From NCBI RefSeq assembly GCF_006345805.1, contig NC_042999.1, positions 104,098,001 through 104,162,000 on the forward strand: 64,000 nt of DNA, in the 5' to 3' direction. The first letter of the stretch is position 1; each line of letters begins with the position of its first letter. The notes beneath the pieces are model-generated. The model ran no database searches. It was given only the letters and a program-made list of their open reading frames with translations, and was not told the origin of the DNA. Source of the DNA: Octopus sinensis. Lineage: Eukaryota. The position numbers and the translations under genes are program-made. Shown here in pieces: positions 27,098 through 41,775 of the stretch.

Positions 27098-27321
27098 CAA
27101 ACCCTTTCATTACCATATTTCTGTTGAAATATACAATCTTTGCTTCAATTAATTTTTAAAATAATTAAGAATCTAGCACAATGATTTTGTCAAGCTGGTG
27201 CTTGTAGCTTATATCAACAAGAAATTTTGATGGAAAATTTGAATTTAGATCACTTTAAAACAGGATGATTGTGTTCTAGAACCAGAGGCAGTGTTGAGCG
27301 GGTTGGTAACAAAAGGGTTAA
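27098..27321. mobile_element. TTAA MITE family P1
   Basis: ccctttcattacc...ggtaacaaaaggg-TTAA, homologous to 14286-14515. Confidence 0.6.
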
Positions 27322-27729
27322 ACGGTAAGTGATAAAATGATGATGAATGTTGTGTTCAGGTATTTCCCATCTGTCACGTTTTTGATAAGAAACTGAACAT
27401 ATCTACTAATGGAGCAGTTGATAAAACAAGTTGACTGAGCAAATGGTCCTACTGAGAAACCAGATGGAAAAAGTGGTTAGATGCAGAGACAGCCCTTCCT
27501 CTGAGAAGAAAAAGAAAGCAATGACAAAAATACATAAAAAAATGGTCATGTTGCTGCTAAAATGCTTCTGATTACAGATCTGCTTGATATGGGTTGACCT
27601 GGCACTAAGCTATGTGTAGTCCATGTTTACCAAATGATTCATACTTGTACACTTGATGTTTACCATCGCTAGAGCTTACCAATTCTTAATACTATCATTA
27701 TATACCAATTCTTAGTAAGTCTAATACAG

Positions 27730-28065
27730 AAAGAGAGGGAGAGAGAAATAGAGAAAGTGAGAGATAGAGTATGTATGAGATACAAAGTGAGGGAGACAGA
27801 GAGGGAGAGAGAAAGATAGAATGTGTATATGATACAGACATAAGAGAGAGGAGAGAGGGATAGAGAGGGAGCTAGAGAGAGACAGAGTATCTGTATGAGA
27901 CAGAGACAGAAAATGTGTGTGTGTATGTGTGTGTCTGAGAGAGAGAAAGAGAGGGGAAAGAGAGAGAGGGAAAGAGAGACAGAGAAAGACAGACAGACAG
28001 AAAGAGTAAATGAATGAGATAGAGAAAAAGGGAGGGAGAATGACTGATTGAGGGAAAGAAAGAGC

Positions 28066-28099
<34 letters not shown>

Positions 28100-28342
28100 A
28101 AGGTGAGAGGCAGAAAGACTATGTGTATGAGCTGGACAGAGATAGTTAACTACCTAGCTAGCTCGATAGATAGGTAGAGAGAGAGAGAGAAAGAGAGAGA
28201 GAGAGGGCAAGAGGTAGAAAGACTATGTGTATGAGACAGATAGATAGATAGATATATAGATAGATAGATATATAGATAGATATATAGATAGATATATAGA
28301 TAGATAGATAGATGGATAGATAGATTAGAGAGAGAGAGAGGA

Positions 28343-28415
<73 letters not shown>

Positions 28416-28430
28416 GAGTGTGTGTGTTGA
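27730..28430. repeat. Compound (GA)n/(GATA)n polypurine tract
   Basis: Long GA and GATA arrays. Confidence 0.9.
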
Positions 28431-28563
28431 TGTGCTGACTGAAACACCCACTCATTACTTGCAGTCATATGAATGGATAAAAGAGTTAGTTATTGAGACA
28501 ATAGTGAGAAAGAGGGAGAAAGACATATTACCACTACATGTGTGTATATGTGTGTGTGTATAG

Positions 28564-28619
<56 letters not shown>

Positions 28620-28859
28620 GAGAGAGAGAGAGAGAGGAGATCAGGGAAAGAGCTAACATTCTGTTAATAGTTTACAAGTAATACAGAGTGGGAATTGCCC
28701 CAATACCACCACCTCTACATACCACAACATTCTTTACACTGTTAATTGTAATGAATACACTAACCATTGATTAGGAATGACTGAATGACTGACGATTTAG
28801 CTACATTGCTCCTCTTGTTGATGTTGTTTTCTTTGTATACGGTTGAGTCTACAACTGTG

Positions 28860-28894
<35 letters not shown>

Positions 28895-29071
28895 ATGTAT
28901 GTTACATATATATATCTTATATATAATATATATATATATGTATGTTATACATATATATATATATATATATATAATATATATATGTATGTATACATATATA
29001 TTAATATTGTATGTATACATATATATATACATATATATAGATATAGATATTATATGTATATATGATTTGTG

Positions 29072-29111
<40 letters not shown>

Positions 29112-29272
29112 CGCATGTATATATATTCATACACATATATGCACATGGTCATGCAGTCATATTTATAAATGTATGTTTGTGGTATATGTGCATAAATATA
29201 TATATATATATATGTATGTATGTATATATGTGTGTGTATATATATATATATATATATCATATCTATATATAT

Positions 29273-29307
<35 letters not shown>

Positions 29308-29558
29308 CAATCATATGTACAACATATATATATATATATGTAAATACATATATACACATATATATATATGTAAATACATATACACACACACACACACATA
29401 TATATAATATCTGTATATATATATGTATTTACATATATTCAAAAAGCAATAAAGATTCAAGTTAATTTAAATGAATTTACTTGAATATGGTACCTAACTT
29501 AGATCACCAAAAAAAACTATACTGTTTTAAACAATACAGTAATGTGGGGTGTATTTAC

Positions 29559-29619
<61 letters not shown>

Positions 29620-30525
29620 CGTGTTGTACATATGATTGTATTTATATATATTCACGTGTTTGTATAAGTGTTTATGCACACACACACACACACACATGTG
29701 TATTTACACATATAAGGAAGTCCTGTGTTTATTTTACACATAAACACCACCCAAAAAATACATGTGGATATATATGATACACATAAACATGGTGTATTAG
29801 CTATACACAGACCTACCTATAAATATATCGAAGTAAAATAATGTGTGTATATATATATATATATTTATATGTGTGTGTATGTGTGTGTGCATGTGTGCGC
29901 ACACTGTATATGTATATATATATATGAATGGAAAAATGTATAAACTGGAGACAAGCAGAAAGTCCGTAATCCTTCATCATTTACCAATCAATGGTACTTT
30001 TCAGTTTTTGCATCTTGTCCAATGAAAAGAGCACAGATCCTGTTTAAATCTAAGATCTCCAACTCTCCACTGAACTCTATGTCAGAAATTTTCAGTAGTT
30101 GCAAGCATACATATGAATATATATTTTGAAGAATTTGAAAATTCCGCCTATTCCTGACTGACTTGTTTATATCTTTCCAGCCTTATAATTTAAGGTCTAA
30201 GGTCTTTTACCTTTGCACTTTCTACATTTTATCTTTTGTGTTTTTGCTTTCTGTTTCTTGTTTTCCATTTTTCACCTTTTGCATTTTCTATATGTTGCCT
30301 TCTCAGTTTTTCACATTTCTTCTATTATTCAATTTTTAAAGTTTATTATGATATGTAGTTTGTGCCTGAAGAATATGCTAGAGATATTTCTCAACATATG
30401 AAACTATTAGTAGCACTTACAGACATTTGTTGTGTCTTTTAAATTAAAAAAATATCTATCTCTCATTCAATGGAATACTGTTTGTGTTGATCTTTCTACT
30501 ATGGAACAGTACATTACACACACAC

Positions 30526-30558
<33 letters not shown>

Positions 30559-31376
30559 CACTCACGGAGTTGTTGGCATTTACCCTCATGGAGTGGTTGG
30601 CGTTAGGAAGGGCATACATCCAGCTGTAGAAACACTGCCAGATCAGACTGGAGCCTAGAGCAGCCTCCTGGTTTCTCAGACCCCAGTCGAACCGTCCAAC
30701 CCATGCTAGCATGGAAAACAGACATTAAACGATGATGATGATGATGATATATACATACATATCTACATACACACATACATGTATATATATGGAGAGAAGT
30801 GTATATATGGAGAGAAGTGTATACATGCTGAAAATATAGGAGAATTTGTTTTGGGGTCTAAAAATGCATATCTTTTATTTATTTATGTTATTAGACTGCA
30901 GGCAAACTGGGGTACCGCCTTGAAGGGTTTTAGTCAAACAGATCAAACTTAGACTTATTTTGTGAAGCCTAGTACTTATTCTACCAGTCTCTTTTGCAAA
31001 ACTATTAAGTTATGGGGATGTAAACACACCAACACCAGTTGTCAAAGGTTGTAGGGGACAAAAAAACACACACACACACATGATGGGCTTCTTTCAGTTT
31101 CAATCTATCAAATCCACTCACAAGGTTTAGGTCAGCCTTAGGTTATAGTAGAAGACACTTGCTCAGGGTGTCACACAGTAGGACCGAACCCAGAACCATG
31201 TAGTTAAGAAGCTTTTCATCACATAGCCATGCCTGCACCTATATATATATATAATTATATTTGGGGATGGTAATTTTTTTTGTCAAATAAACACATGCAA
31301 TATTTGTTCTTCACTTGTTTTTATTGTTCTTATTTTATGTCCATTGTCTGGAAATCTTTTGACACACATCTGTGAC

Positions 31377-32865
31377 ATCTTCCATCCCATGTGTCTCCTC
31401 TTGTTCTGTTTAGTCCTTTCAGTCTTTCTATATAGTATGTATCCTCATCTGTGAATGCATTTGCATCTGTATCTGTGTGTTCATACATGCCTATGTGCTT
31501 TGTATGTGTGTTTTGTATGTGTATATATGGGTTTACTTATCGTACCCTTTATATAGTTTTTTCATTTATTTACTTATTTTTCCCTCTATTCCCCCCCATT
31601 CCATCTTAAGTGTGTGCATGTGTGTCTTTTGTGTGTGTGTTTATGGGTTTATGTTTTAAACTGATTGCATCTATGTTTTTTTCCTCCCATTCTGTCTTTA
31701 GTCAGTGTTTCTTTGGTTCAGAAACAAGACAACAACTTACATTGTGGAGATGATATGTAGCATAGAGGAACAGATAAGTGAACACTGGTGGGTGCTCAAA
31801 GAGGAGAAAAGCTCATCAGTGCTCAATTAGAACTGAGAGGCTTGGTTAATACAGATATTAAGGTATCATCAACACATAGAGCAGACACAACACTCAGACA
31901 GATTACTGAGGCTAGTAATAGCATAGTAATAGACTGACCAAGCCTCACAAAAAACATGACTGGAACAATAACACTCACCATCACCACACTACACAACATG
32001 ATGACTAAAGACAGAATGGAAGAAAAGAAAAAACAGATGCAAACAGTATAAGGCATGAACTCACACACACACACACAAAAGACACACAGACACATACTTT
32101 AGATGAAATAGGGAAAAACAGAGATAAAGAAAGGAATAAAAACTATATAAAGGGCAAGGATACAAACATTATGATAAGTAAACTGTGCCCCTGTTTAAAC
32201 AACATCTGAACAATCATAAGGTCTGCTTTTAGGTTACCAAAGAGGCACAAAACCACACACCTGACCAACCATGTATGGTGCTTAAAATAGGAAGGAACCC
32301 TATATATAATTAAATGGAAGCCACTTAAACAACTAGGGGCTTATATAAACAGGAGCAAATGATGTAAGCTTTGCTTGGCTGAAAAGGCAAGAATCCTAAA
32401 AAAACTTGCTCGACCTGGGGGACTTTTTAAACTCCAGGAGAGAGGTATTCAGCCAATGCCCTCATCTGAAATGTTTCCTGCTTCAGATTTGGAATTTCTC
32501 ATCTGCTGAATAGTCCCACCAGATTTTCTATCAAATATCACTATGACTCGCGACATAATGGGGATAACCCTGTCTGGCTAACCCTATTCTGCAGCATGGA
32601 CATTCCTTTTTATTTACAAACCAACTGACCATTACATATTTCTTCCTCCAGTTCTAGAGATGCTATGTGCTTCAGCCATTTGAACCTGGCAAGTTGCCTA
32701 TGCTGCTAAGTGCTTATAAGTGTGGAACTAATGGTCACTTCAGTAACTCTCCATCCCATGTATCTCCTCTTGTTCTGTTTAGTCTTTTCAGTCTTTCTAT
32801 AGTATGTATCTTCATCTGTGAATGCATTTGCATCTATATCTGTGTGTTCATGCATACCTATGTGT
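31377..32865 (+). mobile_element. Penelope-like element remnant: EN C-terminus with direct and inverted pLTR pieces
   Basis: 32190-32490 translates FKQHLNNHK/AFRLPKRHKTTHLTNHVWCLK*EGTLYIIKWKPL...CKLCLAEKARIL...NSRREVFSQCPHLKCFLL, a PLE post-GIY-YIG tail. A ~115-bp direct repeat lies at 31380/32750, and an inverted pair at 31530-31706 / 32000-32183. Confidence 0.7.
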
Positions 32866-32973
32866 TCTTTTAACTTCTAAAAAACATATATATATATATG
32901 TTTGTGTTTGTTGTGTATAAATATATATTATATATATTTATATATCTATATATAATATATATACACAATTATC

Positions 32974-33015
<42 letters not shown>

Positions 33016-33548
33016 TATATACTATATGTATGTCATGTGTGTGTGTGTATGTTGTTGTGTACACAGTAATGGTTTTTCTGATTGAAATAACACAACATTC
33101 ATGATGATTTGGATAGACGTGGCTTTTAAATTAATTTACTTTAATTATGTATCACAATTATGCAATTATATATTTGGTGGTGTTTATCTGAATGTAACGG
33201 CTGTTGAGCACAACTGAAAAATGAAGTAGTTGTGAAATTTATGTTTTACTACTTTTATTCTAAACATGATGGAGAACAAGCCTGATATAGTAAAACTGTT
33301 AGTCTCAGTCAAATAAGATCTTCAAAAGAAATTTGACCCTACTATCAGAATAAAGTCATATCAACAGTAAATGGTTGACTGCAATTCATAAAATTGTTAC
33401 AAAATAGGTGACATAGTATTAAAAATATAAAAACAGCAAAACAAAACAAAAATTACCATTTAAATGCAAGAGAAACTTTTGAATTACTTTCTGTGTGTGC
33501 ATGTGTGTATGTGCACATATGTGTGTGAGTGTGTATGTGTATATATAT

Positions 33549-33581
<33 letters not shown>

Positions 33582-33705
33582 AATATATATATACACACAT
33601 ATATATGTATATACATATATATGTATATATACACAATATATATATACACAATATATATATACACACATATATATGTATATACATGTATATACATGTATAT
33701 AGACA

Positions 33706-33945
33706 CGTAAAAGCACCATCCGTTCGTGGCTGTTTGCCAGCTCTGTCTGGCACCTGTGCGGGTGGCACGTAAAAAGCACCCACTACACTCACGGAGTGGT
33801 TGGCGTTAGGAAGGGCATCCAGCCGTAGAAACACTGCCAGATCTGACTGGGCCTGATGAAGCCTTCCAGCTTCACAGACCCCAGTTGAAGCGTCCAACCC
33901 ATGCTAGCATGGAGAACGGACGCTAATGATGATGATGATGATGAT
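33706..33945 (+). mobile_element. Well-preserved RTE LINE 3' UTR fragment
   Basis: cacgtaaaagcacc...ggagtggttggcgttaggaagggcatccagccgtag...(gat)n. It is nearly identical to 48525-48765 and 35365-35545. Confidence 0.8.
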
Positions 33946-33966
33946 GACATATATATGTATATATAC

Positions 33967-34000
<34 letters not shown>

Positions 34001-34159
34001 ACACAATATATATATAATATATATATACACACATTATATGTATATACATATATATGATATATGCACAATATATATATATACATATATATATAATATATAT
34101 ATGTGCATACATAATAATAATGTACGTATATATACATACATACAATATACATATATTGT

Positions 34160-34231
<72 letters not shown>

Positions 34232-34237
<6 letters not shown>

Positions 34238-34450
34238 ATCCAAACAAGAAAACACAAAAAAACACAACACGCGAGGACGTGGAACAAATATAGTATTATT
34301 GGACGCTCAGGAAAGAAGGGAAGAAGGAGTTTAATGTTTCGAGCGGAGCTCTTCGTCGGCAACATAGGAGAAGGAAAGATCCAGAGAAGGGAAGACAGAG
34401 GGAAAAAAAATCGCCAATGGTACACACGAGGTCACATTTTGAAAGGACAT
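34232..34450 (-). mobile_element. Short PLE-like repeat (family B) with a hammerhead-like motif
   Basis: It sits between TA tracts. Minus strand reads gttgCCGACGAaGAGCtccGCTCGAAACattaaac. Confidence 0.55.
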
Positions 34451-34770
34451 GTATATATGTATGTGTGTGTGTGTGTATATATATATATATGTATATATAT
34501 ACACACACACACACATACATACATATATATATGTCTACACATACATGTATGCATGTGTGTATACACAACTGCCATGGTGTCTACTTCATGTCAAAACATT
34601 CTGAAGTTAGGGCTGTGTGTGTGTGTGTTCCCCTATCCCACTCCTCACATTCTAAAGTTATTTATATATAAACTGATAATTCCAAATACATTGAGTAGAA
34701 AATTACTTCTTACTTCCTGAAAGATGAGCTATCAATAGCCTCTCTGTGTATGTATGCATGTGTGTGAGTA

Positions 34771-34830
<60 letters not shown>

Positions 34831-35220
34831 AAAAGCAAGAGAAAAAAGTGAGAGACTTTGTATCTGTGATAGAGAAGAGAGAAAGAGTGGAGGAGAGAAT
34901 GAGAGTGTGTGTGTCTGTGCACATACATGTGAGTATATGGATACACGCAATTAGTCTATATGTGTTTTTACATTTTCATGTATAAGTATATTTGTGCATA
35001 TGTGATAGTGTGCATATGTGAATATATGGACATACACAATCATCTCTTGTGTATGTATGTGTATGCATATGTGCATGTATGTATGTATGTGTGTGTGTGT
35101 GTGTGTATACACGCACACACATACACACAAATGGTATACACACACATATACATGGAGAAAGAGAGATATAACATACACATTATACACATTCAATTTTATG
35201 TCAGCTAATCATTATAGATA

Positions 35221-35310
<90 letters not shown>

Positions 35311-35631
35311 ATTTATAGATATGTACATATATATATGTGTGTGTGTATATATATATATATATCGTGCGGGTGGCACGTAAAAAGCACCCACTACACTCAC
35401 GGAGTGGTGGCGTTAGGAAGGGCATCCAGCCGTAGAACCACTGCCCGATTTGACTGGGCCTGATGAGCCTTCTGGCTTCACAGACCCCAGTAGAACCGTC
35501 CAACCCATGCTAGCATGGAAAACGGACGCTACGATGATGATGATGATATGATATACATACAACAAGAGAAATGTGTGTATAAATAATATATGATGAAATC
35601 TCTATAGATTTGGAAATATGAATGTGTGTGA

Positions 35632-35856
35632 TATTCAAGGGGGCACTGAAAAGTTCCTGGCTTTAAGGGTATTGTGAAAGGTCTGGTTGGGGGCCCAACC
35701 TTCCAAGTTCTTTTACAGGGCTAAGAAAAACTGAAGGACCGCTGCAATAAGTGTGTGGATCTGAGGGATGAATATGTTGAATAAAATCATCATGAACTGG
35801 TCCTTCTGTATTTTCTTTTACCCAAAACCAGGAACTTTTCAGCACCACCTTGCATA
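35632..35856 (+). mobile_element. Mariner-derived MITE retaining the transposase C-terminus
   Basis: TIRs ...ggggcactgaaaagttcctgg / ccaggaacttttcagcaccac with TA ends. The interior encodes KLKDRCNKCVDLRDEYVE*. Confidence 0.8.
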
Positions 35857-37422
35857 CACACACAAACACACACACATACACTCATGTCCATATGTATATC
35901 CAGCCCTGGAATATACCCCATTGTTGGATAACACGTGGTAGCCAAATAATGACATAAGATCTCTTAAATGCACATTAAGAGGTTTTTACCCAAGTTATAC
36001 TAAATATACATACACATGTGACATATTTACATATATGTATGTAAATATGTATACTATATATACATATTTGTATACATATATGTAAATATGTATGTATGTA
36101 TGTATGTATGTTTCTATCTATCTATCTATCTATCTATCTATTTCTCATTCCCAACCACATGGTTCTAGGTTCAGTGCATGGCACCTGGGTAAATGCCTTG
36201 GGCCGACCAAAGCTTTGTGAGTGGATTTGGACGACAGAAACTGAAAGAAGACCATCATTTATGTATATATATAGTCAACTCTGCTGAGTGGTTGGTGTTA
36301 GGAAGGACATCCAGCTGTAAAAATCCTGCTAAAACAGTCACAAAGTCTGGTGCAGGCTTTGGCTTGGCTGGCTCTTGTGGTACCATCTCACCCATGCTAG
36401 CATGGAACGCGGACGTTAAATGATGATGATGATGATGATGATATATGTATACATATTTATGTGTATGTGTGTCTGTGTTTGTCCCTCCACTATCACTTGA
36501 CAACTGATGTTGGTATGTTTATGTCCCATGTAGCTTGGTTTGGCAAAAGAGACTAATGCAATAAATACTAAGTTTAAAAATATAAGTCCTGGGATCAATT
36601 TCTTAAACAAAAACCCTTTAAAACGGTGCTCCAGCATGGTCACAGTCAAATGAGTGAAATATGTAAAAGAATAAAAGAATATACTATCACATACACAAGT
36701 ATATATACACATACATATATGTGCCTGTATACAAATCACTGAATGAACATTTGAATGTTTTAAAATTTTCTCTGCATATGTATGTGTTTATATAAACACT
36801 GTGTGTGTATATATATATATATATATGCATGCATGGGTGTTCATACATACATATGTGTGTTTGTATTATCTGCAGTTTCTGAGTGCATGTGTACTGCATG
36901 TTTATATGTTTTCTATAGTTTCTTTGTATGTATATAATAAGTACACTTGTTTATGAATCAATGTGTATTTACAGACACAGAGTGCCAAAAGTTTATACAG
37001 TTCAGTTTCCGACCATGAGATCCTCGGCTGTGTGGAATGAGTAAAATTACATGGCCAGAAACTGTGTGGAAGCTTGTTGGATACGTAATTATACATGTCT
37101 GTGGAATACTCAGCCACATCATGACTACTGACAGATCTGGTCATTCATTTGTATTTATGTGTGTGTTTGTGTGTGTATATACACATATATATATATACAT
37201 ACACGTATATATATGTGTGTGTGTATATACATATATATACATATACACGTATATATATGTGTGTGTGTGTGTGTACATATATATATGCATACACATACAT
37301 AGACACACATATACACAAATATATTACAAATAGAGAAAAACAAGCAAAACATGTGGTATTACTTTAGAACATATAATTTATAGTTTAAACATAATGCAGA
37401 ATAGTTATAGTAAATACACACA

Positions 37423-37465
<43 letters not shown>

Positions 37466-38289
37466 GGCACACATACACACATGATGGTGGAACCTCCTGT
37501 CAAAGACGACATATGATTGATCGGTTTTGCTGAATAATCTGCACAGTGATTTGTTTATATTAATGATCAAATGTATGTGTTTGTACATAAGCTCACCCTC
37601 TCTATCAAATCGACATTACCTGAACAGGTGCATGGTGTACCACATGTCAGGTGTTGAATTGATCGCAGAGCAATGCGAGATGAAGTGTTTTGCTCAAGAG
37701 CACAACATACCACCAGGTCCCAAAATTGAAACCATGATCTCACAATCATGAGTACAACACCTTAACCACAAGGCCATGCATGTGCTGTCACACACACACA
37801 CACACACACATGCTGTTAGTTAATATGTGAATATGTATGTTTATATTTGTTTTCTATTTTCTGTATGTGTCTGTTGATGTACGATAGTGTTTCCACGTGA
37901 ATCTGTTATAGATTTGGTATGTTTGTGCATGTGTATGTATAAACATGAGTATGTGGAATGTTTATGTAAGTGAGTATGTGTGTGTGTGTGTGTGCACGAG
38001 TTTGTGTGTATTATTTCAGAACTAGATTTGTTAAACATGAAGTTTGTGATACAGTATAACAGTCTTACAATAATAAGAAAAATAACAATAATAAGAAATA
38101 TTGACATCAACAACTGTAAATAATTACTTTGTTCAACTTGCCCCATTGAAAAAGCCCTTATACACCATACACACACACAGACACATGCAAACATACAGAT
38201 ACATGTACACATGTAAATACATACATGCATATGTTATATATATTTATAGATATAAATACATGCATAAAAACATACATACATTACCTATA

Positions 38290-38337
<48 letters not shown>

Positions 38338-38448
38338 GAGAGATACCTATATAAATACATATATAAATACATACATACCTACATGTTACATATATATATA
38401 TATATGTATATAAATTACATACATAAATATATATACATATTTGAACAC

Positions 38449-38483
<35 letters not shown>

Positions 38484-39493
38484 TCTATATGTACATATAT
38501 TCATACATAGACACATACATTCATACATATATATACAAATACAAACATACATATATACATATGCACATGCATAGATACATACATACATATATACACACAT
38601 ATGGATATCCATTCGTACATACATGGATACATACATACACACATACATACCTTTGAGATGGAAAGTAAACTCACAAATTAAAAAAAAAATGACCAGTCCA
38701 AGGTATATATATATATATGGTCAATTGCTGGACCAAAAGAAGAATGGCAGAGCAGTCTGTAAAACCTGAGGAAATACCACAACATGAGGATCACACCCAC
38801 CCACCCATAAACACACACTCACACACACATACACACGCACATGGACATACACCCATGTCTGTCTGCTAAATCAGAAGGCAGCAGGACTAAGCTAACCTCC
38901 TCCTCCTCCTTTTCCTCTCATTCCACTCCACCTTCCTTCTGCTTCTGTTCTCTCCCCTTCCAACTCTTCTTCTTCTTCTTCTTCTACTACTCTCTAGCAC
39001 CATCACCACCATCACCACCACCATTACAACCTACAACAGCAACAACAACAATAACCACCCATCAAATAACTGCTCAGACCCTGACTATGTTCAGAGAGTT
39101 TTAATCACAAACACTTTCTCTATACTGCACAAATCATTTCGTAATTTCTCTTTGTAATGTTGTATACACATTAGTCCACATTAGTTGCCCTTGTGATAAT
39201 AAAAGAAACTGTCTTTCTCCTCCTCCTCCCCAACCCTCATCATTTCATCGTCACTGTCATCATTAGCAACCTCATCAGGTTCCTTTAATTGACTAACTCC
39301 TCCTCAAAATTTTCGACCTTGTATTTAAGTTACAAACAATTCTTCTTCTTCTTCTTTCGTTGCTGCTGCTGCTACTGTTGCCACCACCACCACCAGGGTC
39401 AATAAAATAAAGTAATAGTCAAGTACTGGAGGTCAATGTAATTGACTAATCCTTGCCCTAAAAGTGCCGGCCTTGTGCCAAAATTTGAAACAA

Positions 39494-39554
<61 letters not shown>

Positions 39555-39558
<4 letters not shown>

Positions 39559-41775
39559 GCAAGGTTATGAGCTGGCAGAATCCTTAACACACTGGACAAA
39601 ATGCTTAGCAGTATTTCGCCTGTTGCTCCATTCTGAGTTCAAATTCTGCTGAGGCCATCTTTACCTTTCATCCTTTTGGAGTCAATAAATTAAGTACTAG
39701 TGAAACACTGGGGGTCAATATAATTGATTAGTCCCTTCCTCCAAATTTCAGGCCTTGTGCCTTGAGTAGAAAGGATTATTATTATCATTATTATTGTTGT
39801 TGTTGTTGTTATTAAGGTGGCAAGCTGGCAGAATGCTGGATGAAATACTTAGTGGTACTTCGCCCATGCTACAATCTGAGTTTAAATTCCGCTGAGGTCA
39901 ACTTTGCTTTTCATCCTTTTGGGATCAACAAAATAAGTACCAGTTGAACACTGGGGTCGATGTAATCGATTCATCCAAACCTCCCCCAAGCTGCCCTTGT
40001 GGCAAAGTTTGAAATAATAATAATAATGATAATAAATGCCCTGACGCAGTACAAGACAGTGGCTTTCATGGCTTCTGATCTTAACTGATTGGAAGTGTTA
40101 TCATGTACATTGTTTTGTCTTGCTATAAAAGATGGGCTGCAGCAAATATTCTACTCAATACCACAGATTTCCTTGTCAGTTGTTTGACCTTAACCAGCTG
40201 AGCATGTCCCTTAGTGGTTTACGATATGTGCATCTCTGATCACAAGTAGAAGTAGTGGGAGGGGGGCATCATAGCCATGTGTTGAGAGGGATTCTTTGGG
40301 GTTTGAATAATTCACCTCTGGAAAATGGGTGTTTCATTTAACATCCTTAAACAACCCTTATTCAGGGACCTTTTGAGCAGGTAGAGCTACTTGACCAGAA
40401 GAAAATTCTAACTGGGCCCCACCTTCAAGGTCATGCGCTGTTTATCTTGATATGAGATCACCATGTTGCGCACATATGGTTGTGATGCATGTGCCTAGTG
40501 TACCCTTATCAGGCGGGTAGTCATGATGGGTATACTGGGCTTTGTATATTTGACCCCAGTGTCACTTTGATGGCATGCGCTGCTCTCTCACTCAATAATA
40601 ATAACAATAATAATAATAATAACAATTATTATTATTATTATTATTTTATTATTATTATTATTATTATATTATTATTATTATTATAGCAAGGTTATGAGCT
40701 GGCAGAATCCTTAACACACTGGACAAAATGCTTAGCAGTATTTCGCCTGTTGCTCCATTCTGAGTTCAAATTCTGCTGAGGCCATCTTTACCTTTCATCC
40801 TTTTGGAGTCAATAAATTAAGTACTAGTGAAACACTGGGGGTCAATATAATTGATTAGTCCCTTCCTCCAAATTTCAGGCCTTGTGCCTTGAGTAGAAAG
40901 GATTATATTATCATTATTATTGTTGTTGTTGTTATTAAGGTGGCAAGCTGGCAGAATGCTGGATGAAATACTTAGTGGTACTTCGCCCATGCTACGATCT
41001 GAGTTTAAATTCCGCTGAGGTCAACTTTGCTTTTCATCCTTTTGGGATCAACAAAATAAGTACCAGTTGAACACTGGGGTCGATGTAATCGATTCATCCA
41101 AACCTCCCCCAAGCTGCCCTTGTGGCAAAGTTTGAAATAATAATAATAATAATGATAATAAATGCCCTGACGCAGTACAAGACAGTGGCTTTCATGGCTT
41201 CTGATCTTAACTGATTGGAAGTGTTATCATGTACATTGTTTTGTCTTGCTATAAAAGATGGGCTGCAGCAAATATTCTACTCAATACCACAGATTTCCTT
41301 GTCAGTTGTTTGACCTTAACCAGCTGAGCATGTCCCTTAGTGGTTTACGATATGTGCATCTCTGATCACAAGTAGAAGTAGTGGGGGGGGGGCATCATAG
41401 CCATGTGTTGAGAGGGATTCTTTGGGGTTTGAATAATTCACCTCTGGAAAATGGGTGTTTCATTTAACATCCTTAAACAACCCTTATTCAGGGACCTTTT
41501 GAGCAGGTAGGGCTACTTGACCAGAAGAAAATTCTAACTGGGCCCCACCTTCAAGGTCATGCGCTGTTTATCTTGATATGAGATCACCATGTTGCGCACA
41601 TATGGTTGTGACGCATGTGCCTAGTGTACCCTTATCAGGCGGGTAGTCATGATGGGTATACTGGGCTTTGTATATTTGACCCCAGTGTCACTTTGATGGC
41701 ATGCGCTGCTCTCTCACTCAATAATAATAACAATAATAATAATAATAACAATTATTATTATTATTATTATTATTA
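39555..41775. repeat. Tandem duplication, unit ~1127 bp, near-identical
   Basis: Unit 1 starts at ~39555 (tatagcaaggttatgagc) and unit 2 at ~40682. Each holds two S1 SINEs and one S5 element, with breakpoints in (ATT)n/(AAT)n. Confidence 0.92.

Noticed and set aside
28775-28825. CTGACGA / AGC-tacatt-GCT segment
   Set aside because: Partial hammerhead-like elements on both strands, but no complete core on either.
33850-33885. CTGATGA-AGCC...GCTT hairpin in the RTE 3' UTR (also at 35460 and 48672)
   Set aside because: It resembles a hammerhead 5' core, but TTCAC follows the stem instead of GAAA and there is no NUH site or stem I.
39480-41775. Repeat-spacer-like periodicity as a CRISPR array
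   Set aside because: Eukaryotic context. The periodicity comes from SINEs, microsatellites and a tandem duplication, and there are no constant short repeats with unique spacers.
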